From Deltaproteobacteria bacterium (GTDB lineage: Bacteria > UBA10199 > GCA-002796325 > JACPFF01), in assembly GCA_016183125.1 (NCBI GenBank), contig JACPFG010000063.1, forward strand, positions 1 to 36,436: a stretch of 36,436 nucleotides of DNA, in the 5' to 3' direction. The notes beneath the pieces were generated by a model. It saw only the letters and a program-made list of their open reading frames with translations. It was not told the DNA's origin and did no database searches. Below are positions 21,601 through 28,300 of this stretch, piece by piece. The stretch's first letter is position 1; each line of letters starts with the position of its first letter. The position numbers were made by a program, and so were the translations under genes.

Positions 21601-21929
21601 ACGTTGCGTCATTTCTCTACGAGACTCCACAGCTCATTAAAGAAACACCTAAAATTATCGAAAAAATCGGGAAGGCAAGCAAGATTTACAAAAACGCCAA
21701 GTCGGTTGGAGGTGGGTCTGCGTCAGGAAAATATATACTGAAGAAGGGGACTGGGCTCGTTTCTGAATATTTAGATGTGCTCAACGATGCGACGGAAATA
21801 ATTTCCGGTGAGGACATATTGGAACATGCGGAAGATTGGATGATGTCACCGCAGCCGCAAGACACGACGATGATGTTGCAAGGATCGTATTTTAATTTAC
21901 AGACTACGACGGCTCCGACATCAAAATGA
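15621..21929 (+). CDS. Rhs/YD-repeat lipoprotein with N-terminal golvesin-like, CARDB, Ig-like and carboxypeptidase-regulatory-like domains, DUF6531, Rhs core and ~215-aa C-terminal domain
   Basis: Frame extends upstream of GTG 15687 to (ACG)KRFAPVILTLLLAAIG-C lipobox; ESDESDN, DPVNTATGN, many YD repeats and YYMRARYYDP..GRFISKDP...NNPLRAADPLGL core. Confidence 0.9.
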   Translation, partial: TKRFAPVILTLLLAAIGCGEDEVPRLEPSGNPAASSQTTDVAKNTPSPSLDVYVDDIDSGFSKYGTSNWTEAWTGWPTPGGHMWYTWNTLKYVENSAMWMPNLQCSGKYEIQAYIPSENAKTSKAKYEIKSDVGWSNSIISQLANPGKWVALGGSGTTYSFTKGASDRYVKLTDVTGEISSKGLFYRIAFDAIKWIYKEKLSNMGFTLTAPNSGTAWSKDDTCLSVKWSTQGDVPGGVRIHLYKGGTSPSQFVKSLIGSTPNNGSACVDASALKDQPLASDYVIGISNNFPYCDGYVWAFSNSFKIAAPDLTGYQLPGWGGKLVGSGVSGTNSNSALYTCKVAYFDVGIKNEGNGDNKKTISNRLLIDGINYGTWTESPLSAGSYTSEIDMPVSGITAGTHTVKVEIDYPNNIPESDESDNAVSGSFAWQPCNNPSVIITSPANGSSTTSSSVTVSGTCNDSDGDLKTYIVTVNGTSLPPGNISGGSAAFAKTVSLNVGSNKIEATCTDQQGLVSNVAMITVTRTQLGGIAGTVTSTKGGAIAVASVTANGPVGVTTSTASDGSYSFTGLQPGTYTVTASSAGYYSTSQSVNVQTNTTAIANFSLVPVPKPILSVAPTAVSVTMPSGSLNGTQQVIIQNNGDANLQYWLVVPPPSWLTIKRNGGALVSTSVSPPLAPGAKDTLTFYFNSNQVSSNQAALLVVGSNDTAKGDTGIDVTMTIKASSPPPPQYPAPSTPTFTPTFSGSCTLINACAKDPVNTATGNYTYSHTDLNIRSRGPSLLFARTYNSFDPTIGPLGLGWTHSFHVYALEYTKDDGSPGDVYIRWGTGRTDWYQRNADGTYTPAPGLFDAFVKNGDGSFTLVEKNKTVWNFQGSGRLASVADRHGNAMTLTYEDAEPKRLVAATNALGEQLIFSYQSGDPLKLADVWDVQGNRKILFTYEGDRLTTVTDANGNPFTFEYDAADRLTKIIERDGKPLVTNAYSANDPTDRRVLTQQDGLGNTTAFSYDTPTPWETTVTDPATEEFPGGRKHIYSYDALYRLRRHTAPSGMDIVTYDYNDNHQRTKMTDANGKVTLWEYDPRGNLTKITEAEGAPEEVVTTWTYYPGTDLVDLHVTPLGLTLKHYYEGDDLTKVEGTGPDIEPFAVEYTYLPTGEVATVKDPMQYVTTFDYNGKGELEQIVSPPTTASPGGEIASFGYDSSHRPTSVADPYLQSLGKAALYTYDKNDRITKTTDGLTRETTITPDKRDLVEKIAAPNGIVTYAYDDAGRLVSVTTPTGTVTYGYNASHERTSATSPGNHTTTYSYDPLGYLAKVTDPTNRSLTLDADPMGALKSLANSLNHTVGVAPDLLGRAKEITDPVGRKIELQYNDAGQVTSRAGLFDPANPATKVTTTTVYDVLGRLRKITTPANGEMAAQYNLNADIIGITNPNGHTTSWVQGPLGRPEAERFDGVTKRTFGYYPGGRIKTATNAKSETTTFLYDEAARLKEIQYADGAKRTIAFKGQTDRVEAITLVETDGTTRSRSFTYDSAGRVATATDPWGNTISYTYWPDGQVKTITYPGNKTVSYAYDDAGRLATVTDWLTPPGVTTYGYDTAGRLDTITYPNGATAVYAYENDGRVKSIAHRKADGTILASQTVGYDGRAHVKAIELVPEPTAALEGKELDYTPNAEDQYAQIGGLNLEYDPVGRLTTPFVDGGPGMAYTFDVRDHLAQATTTGGTVSYISGPEGERIEQSAGGATTRYVVDTTSRLSSVVAELDGANTPTAYYIYGVGLLARIPANGQNARYYHQDAQQNIAALTDASGNVTDSYFYHPFGQVLTQTGSTPNPYRFAGALGVENDPTGLYYMRARYYDPAQGRFISKDPIGMAGGMNLYGYVGNNPLRAADPLGLFSWKTFGTGLLELGKAALSVVETVGNAFLAGGSLAIFQPEGTAALGLAAVGNLDDAFVNTTNSFNNIVGAFSDKPAEKLITQGPYREFLQATLGSTKLLDVPQEAADVASFLYETPQLIKETPKIIEKIGKASKIYKNAKSVGGGSASGKYILKKGTGLVSEYLDVLNDATEIISGEDILEHAEDWMMSPQPQDTTMMLQGSYFNLQTTTAPTSK

Positions 21930-24577
21930 AACGAATGTGGCAGACAATTTGCGTAACATTCATCGGCCTAAGTATCGGCATTTCGAGCGTGATTGCCTCG
22001 CCGATCATCTTCACCTACGACACCACGGGACGGCTGCAGTCCTTCAGCCTCCCATCAGGTTCGTCGGCTACCTTCACCTACGACGCGAACGGAAATCGCC
22101 TGCATGAGAGCGTGAAGCCACCGCCGGATATAACCGCGCCAACCGTTGCCGGCACAAGTATCCCGGATGGCGCGACTGCGGTCCCGATCAACGCGCCGAT
22201 CACGGTCACCTTCAGCGAGCCGATGGACGCGGCGACGATCACGACGAGTTCGTTCCAGGTGGCGGATGGGACCGGGCCGATCGCGGGGACGGTGAGCTAC
22301 GCAAACAGTACCGCGACGTTCACGGCGACCGCGCCGCTGAATTATTTCACCGACTATACGGCCACGGTGACCACCGATGTAAAAGATGCCGCGGGGAATC
22401 CCTTGGCTGCGCCGGTGAGCTGGAGCTTTAGGACGATCGTGCCGCCGGTGATCGGTGCGGCCGGTGGCGGCGGGCATACGGTTACAATCGGGACCGATGG
22501 ATCGGTCTGGACGTGGGGCTACAACTCGCACGGACAATTGGGGAGCGGATCGCTCGTCGACCTAAACGCGCCGGCGCGAGTGAATGGCGTGACCGGGAGC
22601 GCGACCGCCGTGGCCGGCGGAGACTCCCATACCGTGGCCGTGGCCGGCGGTGTGGTCTGGAGTTGGGGACGGAATACCGTGGGGCAACTGGGTGACGGAA
22701 CGACAACTGACCGAAATGTCCCTGTCCAGATCGGTGGATTGCCGCCGGTGACAGCCGTGGCCGCGGGTGTCCTTCACGCCGTCGCGTTGACGACGCCGGC
22801 GGCGGGCGGCGAGGTCTATGCCTGGGGAAGCAATACGCTCGGCCAAGTCGGCGATGGGACGACAATGCAACAGACAAGTCCGGTGAAGGTCCCAGGCATC
22901 GCCGGCGCCACGGTCATCAGCAGTCGGGGAAATCACACGCTTGCCTTGAGCGGTGCCGATGGCACCGTCTGGACTTGGGGGTTCAATGGTTGGGGACAAC
23001 TGGGCGATGGCACCACGACGACGAGTACAACACCGAAGCAGGTGCAAGGCCTCACCGGCGTAGACGCCATTGCCGCCGGGTTCGGGCATTCGCTAGCAAA
23101 GGTGAACGGCACCGTCTACGCGTGGGGACTGAATGCCAATGGACAACTGGGCGATGGGACGACGAACAATCAGTCGGCGCCTCAGGCGGTCGCGGCGCTG
23201 GCAGGAATTGATATCGTCGCCATCGCGGCAGGGGCGAACTTTAGCCTCGCCCTTGATGCCAATGGCGCCGTGTACGCCTGGGGCCTGAACAGCAGCGGGC
23301 AGTTGGGCGATGGGACATTCACAGATCAGTTGAATCCGAAGACAATCGGGACGTTCACGGGAGCGGTCGGAATCGCCGCCGGGGGAAGCCACACCATGGT
23401 CTGGAAGGCCGATGGAACGATGTCCTCATGGGGCTACAATTTCTACGGTCAGGTTGGGAATGGCTCGGCAACGTATGTCGCATACACGCCGACACCTGTT
23501 TTGACGAACGTACAAGCGGTATCCAACGGCGGGAAACACACGCTCGCGTTGCTGGCCGATGGCACGGTGCGGGCCTGGGGATCAAATAGCAACGGGCAAT
23601 TGGGCGATGGGACGACAACGAATCGGGATGCGCCGGTGGCGGTGCCCGGACTCACCAACGTCACCGATATCGCCGCGGGAAGCCGGTTCTCCGTCGCGGT
23701 CGAAAACAACGACACCGTCCGGGTCTGGGGGATCAACAGCTCGAAGGAATTGGGATTGGGCGCCGCGAGTGCCGATGTCCTGCAACCGACGCCATTGCCG
23801 GGGCTCAGCGGCGTGACGGCCGTTGCGGCGGGTGATTTTAGCACGGCGGCGATCGTGGGTGCGACTAACGACGTATGGACCTGGGGCTCCAACAGCAACG
23901 GCCAGTTGGGGAACGGGAGCTATGCGAATCCAGGCGTCCCCGCGGCGGTGCCCGGCCTGACAGGTGCAACAACCATTACCGGTGGCGGACGTCATTTCCT
24001 TACCTTGAAGAGTGACAAAACGATTGTGGCCTGGGGACGGAATGCAGATGGCGAACTGGGCGACGGAACGAAAGTCGAGCGGACGGCGCCTGTGACGGTT
24101 GCCGGACTCACGGACGTGATCGCGATCGGGGCGGGGCATAGGCACTCACTCGCGGTGACCGCCGATGGAACGGCGTTCGCCTGGGGGCTTAATTCCAGCG
24201 GGCAACTCGGCGACGGGACATTCGCGCAACACTCGGCGCCCGCGCCGATATCGAATCTCGTAAATGTCGCAGCCGTCGCGGGCGGGGCATCTCATTCGCT
24301 GGCGCGGCTATTGGATGGCTCTGTTCAGGCCTGGGGATTCAACCTCCTCGGCCAACTTGGCGACGGCACGGCGGTTACGACCGGAAAGAATTTGCCGGTT
24401 CAGGCGGTGGGTCTTGCCGGCATCGAGTTTGTGGACGCCGGTACCGGCTCATCCTCCTATGCCCTCGACCTCGCCACCGGCACGCTCTATGAGTGGGGCT
24501 GGAACGGCGCCACCGCCTTCGTAGATGGCACGATCCCATGGGTACTCGTGCCCACCGCCGTCCTGTGGCCGGAGTAA
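21926..24577 (+). CDS. Secreted protein: YD repeat + SbsA/Big_5-like Ig domain + RCC1/BLIP-II repeats (about two propellers)
   Basis: Signal peptide; YDTTGRL...YDANGNR; ITVTFSEPMD...VKDAAGNPL; about 13-14 W(T/A)WG.N..GQLGDGT-type repeats; ATGA overlap with the Rhs stop. Confidence 0.9.
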   Translation: MKRMWQTICVTFIGLSIGISSVIASPIIFTYDTTGRLQSFSLPSGSSATFTYDANGNRLHESVKPPPDITAPTVAGTSIPDGATAVPINAPITVTFSEPMDAATITTSSFQVADGTGPIAGTVSYANSTATFTATAPLNYFTDYTATVTTDVKDAAGNPLAAPVSWSFRTIVPPVIGAAGGGGHTVTIGTDGSVWTWGYNSHGQLGSGSLVDLNAPARVNGVTGSATAVAGGDSHTVAVAGGVVWSWGRNTVGQLGDGTTTDRNVPVQIGGLPPVTAVAAGVLHAVALTTPAAGGEVYAWGSNTLGQVGDGTTMQQTSPVKVPGIAGATVISSRGNHTLALSGADGTVWTWGFNGWGQLGDGTTTTSTTPKQVQGLTGVDAIAAGFGHSLAKVNGTVYAWGLNANGQLGDGTTNNQSAPQAVAALAGIDIVAIAAGANFSLALDANGAVYAWGLNSSGQLGDGTFTDQLNPKTIGTFTGAVGIAAGGSHTMVWKADGTMSSWGYNFYGQVGNGSATYVAYTPTPVLTNVQAVSNGGKHTLALLADGTVRAWGSNSNGQLGDGTTTNRDAPVAVPGLTNVTDIAAGSRFSVAVENNDTVRVWGINSSKELGLGAASADVLQPTPLPGLSGVTAVAAGDFSTAAIVGATNDVWTWGSNSNGQLGNGSYANPGVPAAVPGLTGATTITGGGRHFLTLKSDKTIVAWGRNADGELGDGTKVERTAPVTVAGLTDVIAIGAGHRHSLAVTADGTAFAWGLNSSGQLGDGTFAQHSAPAPISNLVNVAAVAGGASHSLARLLDGSVQAWGFNLLGQLGDGTAVTTGKNLPVQAVGLAGIEFVDAGTGSSSYALDLATGTLYEWGWNGATAFVDGTIPWVLVPTAVLWPE

Positions 24578-24590
24578 GAGAGGGTAGGCA

Positions 24591-24618
24591 GTGAAAGGTA
24601 CCAGAGGGGATATGCGGC
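24591..24618 (+). repeat. 28-bp direct repeat, left copy (orphan RBS + ATG)
   Basis: GTGAAAGGTACCAGAGGGGATATGCGGC; 26/28 identical to 25339-25366. Confidence 0.95.
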
Positions 24619-24625
24619 TGAGCAA

Positions 24626-24910
24626 TCACCTCAGGGTAATATCCACTCGCTTTCCCACCACTGAGGCAAATTTGATCAGGGTGTCCAGGCCGATGTTGGC
24701 CTCCGGGTCACTGATAATCCGCTCTACCTGGGATTTGCTGGTCCCCATGAGGCTGGCTACTTTCCTGATCGATAGGTGCGACCTGGTCATAGCGGTCTTG
24801 AGACGATCCGCCAGCCGTAATCGTTCCTTTTCTTTTTTGAAATGGACCGCAAACATCGGGTCCTTGAGGTCCCTTTCCAAATCTTTGTGAAAATCGCCGC
24901 TCGTTCTCAT
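24626..24910 (-). CDS. XRE-family HTH antitoxin (HigA-like)
   Basis: L.DP.FA..F...LSIRKVASLMGTSKSQVERI...N..LDTL.K; lies downstream of the RelE-like gene. Confidence 0.85.
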   Translation of the reverse strand: MRTSGDFHKDLERDLKDPMFAVHFKKEKERLRLADRLKTAMTRSHLSIRKVASLMGTSKSQVERIISDPEANIGLDTLIKFASVVGKRVDITLR

Positions 24911-24923
24911 AAAATCCCCCCCT

Positions 24924-25241
24924 TTATTCGCTCATCCGATTATAAGCCGTATCAATCTCCCGTTGAGGCGTTTTGTCCGACTTTTTCCGGAAGCCGTGCA
25001 GCAACACGACCTTCCCTTCATGGTAACAATAGAAAACCCGATGCGCCCCCGCTCTCAATTCAAACAACCCTGGATATCCTCCCATCTTCTTGGCGTGAGG
25101 CTCGTTCAAAACAACCTTCTCCGAGAGATGGGCAATCAGGGCCTTCACCTTCGCCCTCTCTTTGTCAGAAAGGGTTTCAATATAAGTCCTGACCGGTTGA
25201 TCGCCACGAGCAGTCTCATAGTAGGTAACCGGGATACTCAC
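24924..25241 (-). CDS. RelE/ParE-superfamily toxin (HigB/Gp49-like)
   Basis: YYETARG..PV..YI, EPHAKKM, LFELR, RVFY and LLHGFRKKSDKTP..EI..A motifs. Confidence 0.9.
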   Translation of the reverse strand: MSIPVTYYETARGDQPVRTYIETLSDKERAKVKALIAHLSEKVVLNEPHAKKMGGYPGLFELRAGAHRVFYCYHEGKVVLLHGFRKKSDKTPQREIDTAYNRMSE

Positions 25242-25249
25242 CGGAAAGA

Positions 25250-25278
25250 AGCGTACCTATATATGGGGGCAAAGTCAA
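25250..25278 (-). promoter_or_regulatory. Sigma70-like promoter of the HigBA-like module
   Basis: TTGACT-17-TACGCT, then 8 nt to GTG 25241. Confidence 0.6.
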
Positions 25279-25297
25279 TGAAGAATCAAGCCAGGGG

Positions 25298-25312
25298 ATC
25301 TTCCCGCTTGAC
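25298..25312 (+). promoter_or_regulatory. 15-bp motif ATCTTCCCGCTTGAC, copy 2, upstream of the S8 giant gene
   Basis: Identical to 15533-15547. Confidence 0.6.
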
Positions 25313-25338
25313 CTCGGTTGTTCTTGGTTCTAAAGACC

Positions 25339-25366
25339 GTGAAGGGTCCCAGAGGGGATATGCGGC
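25339..25366 (+). repeat. 28-bp direct repeat, right copy (functional RBS + ATG of the S8 gene)
   Basis: GTGAAGGGTCCCAGAGGGGATATGCGGC; ATG at 25360. Confidence 0.95.
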
Positions 25367-28300
25367 GACGGCGGCAAATGGTGCGATGGGTCGGTGGAGT
25401 GGGGCTGGCGGGCTTGCTTGCCACCGGCTGCGGGACGAATGCCCCCGATTCCGCATCAGGGCCGGATGAGCCGCTTGCCCTGACACCAAATAGCGCGCTG
25501 CAGGAGCTTGTTCCCACCGAGCCGGAGTTGCTTGAAGCGATCCAAACATCCCCCACGCCGCGCACTATCACCTTTTCCGTCCCGCTCGATCCCCGCCAAC
25601 CGGCCGCCGGCCCGCGCGATCAGCAACAGGAGCGGGCGTATCGTCTGAAGCGGCCGTATCGGACGACGGAGGTCCTGGTGGGCCGACCGAGCGACGCGCT
25701 TCCATTCGAGCGAGTGGCCGTCCCGATCGGAACGGATGTCGCAAACGCGCTTGCCAGCCTCGGCGCCGAGCCGAATTATCTTACATTCCTTGCCGGGGAG
25801 CCGACGAACGATCCGTATTTTTCCTGGCAGTGGGCGCTGGCGAAGATCGCCGCGCCGGAGGCGTGGGAGCTTTTCCCGGCGAGCGCGCCCGTGCGCGTGG
25901 CGGTGCTGGATACCGGCGTTGACGCGGCCCATCCCGACCTCTTCGGTCGCGTTCTCCCCGGATATAATGCGATCAATAATACGGAGAATGCCGACGACGA
26001 CCACGGCCACGGGACGATGGTGGCGGGGGTCATCGGCGCGGGCGGCAACAACGGCTTGGGGATTGCTGGGGTAGCGCCGCAGGTGGAGATCCTGCCGATC
26101 AAGGTGATCGCCCAGTCGGGCGAGGGGTCGTATGCCGACCTGATCGCGGGGATCTACTACGCGATCGAACATGGCGCCGACGTGATCAACATCAGCGCGG
26201 GGGCGTATGCCCCCTCGAACCTCCTGCACGACGCGCTGACCGCAGCCGAGGTCGCGGGGATCGTCGTGGTCGCGGCGGCGGGGAACGATGCGACCGATAC
26301 CCCGATGTATCCGGCGGCATATCCGGAGGCGATGGCGGTGACGGCGACAGACGCAACCGATGCCATCTGGCCGGAGAGCAATTACGGGACGCACGTGGAC
26401 CTGGCCGCGCCCGGCGCAAACATCATGAGCACGATGTCAGGTGGCGGGTATGCCTTTGCCGACGGGACGAGCCTCGCCACCGCGCATGTGGCCGGGGCGG
26501 CGGCGTTACTATTATCCCACGCCGCGGCACAGACGGGAGCGGATGTCGTGTCCCGGTTGTTATCGAGTGCGATCGATCTCGGCGCGAAGGGGAAAGATGC
26601 CGCCTATGGGGAAGGGCGGCTGACACTGATCCCGCCAACGGTGGGAAAACCGGTCGCGGATGCCGGCGAGCTACCCGCAGGCGATGCGGAAGAGATCGGC
26701 CAGGGTCCTATCACGGTCCAATATAATGTGGAGATCCATCAGGACATCGCCTCTGCCGCACTCCTCTTTCTCAAAAAGAAACTCGAAGAAAAGGCAATTA
26801 CGCAGGAGATGTATGATGAGTTTGCTGAGTATAAATTTTGGATCCGGGATGGGGCCCGCGCCGAGGACAAGGCGGTATTGATTGGAAAGTTTGCCGAAAA
26901 GGTGATCGATTTTCTGTTTGGGGAAGGCGCGCCGTGGCATGATCCCAAAAATGGCAAGGGGCTCGATCCACTTGCGTGGGGAGACATTGCCTACGAGGAT
27001 GTCAATTGCCGCTGGTTTAGGCATTTTTATCGGCCCATCGACAAGCAGGGATTTCTTTCCCCTCCTGCTTTCGTCGAGTGGTGCGGTGAACTAGATAAAA
27101 GCATGGTAGGCAAGGAACACATAGAGTTTCCCAACGCGTATGAATGGGGAGGGAAGGCAAATGCTCAAAACAGCTTCGATTGGGAAGATGCCAAGGTGCA
27201 TTACCACTCGCCCGACACGACTCAAAAATATCCTGGCCTGATCGAACAGAACGGTGGATTTTTTTTCAAGCTGCAACCATTAAAGCTCCAACGAGCTTAC
27301 TATGCCCTCGGCCATGTCCTCCATCTCCTTATGGATACCTCCGTGCCGGAGCATACACACATCGAGGCCCATGCCGAGGTGAACCCCGGCGGGTACGAAC
27401 ACTATATGAAGAAGCAAGGCACGGGCGGCGTTATGAGCCGACTCAATACCGGCTTGTTGCTCAAGCCACTAAATGAATACCCGACGCTGGAAAAATATTT
27501 TCACGAGATGGCCACGTATAGCTTTAACCGCAATCTTTTTCAGGGGAATTTGACGGGAGACGAGGCCTCTGGCGAACTGTCTCAGATGTTCCCTTCGTTG
27601 CACAAAACTCTCGCAGGGTGGTGGGTCATTGCCGGTTGGGATGATACAACAAACTTCTTTTGCAATCCGAGCTCTCTTTGCGACCTTTGGTGGAGCGGGC
27701 AGGGAGATGGGGATGGGGACGATGTCGACTTCGACGATGACTGGTGGGAGGAGACGGAGTTTAAAGACAGTCCGGCGCCGCCCGGGTTTTATTACATCGA
27801 AAAGAGCAACGAGGTTTGCCCCAAGATGTATCACAATACCCCGAAACCGGGGAATAACGGAGATATGGTCAGCGGAAAGTGCAAGGATAAGACGCTTGCC
27901 GCGATGATGGCGGACGACATTATTCCGATGGTCATCCAGTACACGGCCTCGGCGATGCGGTTGTTCTGGCACGAGACGCATGCGGACCTGAAAATCGTTC
28001 CCTTCTCGGTGAACGTGCTGCAAACCGCAGTGCCGGCTAAGGGGAGCAATGTCGCTAATTATCAATTGAAGTTCACGATCCGGAACGACGGTGGGGCCGA
28101 TTCCGGCAATGTGTTCGCCGGTTTTCGGCCACCCGGCAGTCTCCTCGAATTCGGCACAACGATGCTTCCGTCGATCCCCCCCGGCGGAGAGGCGCCCGTG
28201 AAGATTGCACTCAACGGAATCGCCTTGCCCCTCTGTGCTCCCTGTGCCGCGGGGACGATCGTTGCGCATTACGTTCACGGTTCGGAAACGCAAGCGGTGG

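Noticed and set aside
22480-24520. CRISPR-like periodic repeats
   Set aside because: The periodicity comes from degenerate RCC1 coding repeats.
24591-24890. 99-aa + strand ORF starting in the left repeat
   Set aside because: Antisense to the antitoxin; it only borrows the orphan RBS/ATG and has no recognisable features.
393-25366. Integron cassette array or XerCD dif modules as the explanation for the TA cassettes
   Set aside because: No attC-like palindromes or repeated dif-like site seen; each flank is specific to its neighbouring gene.
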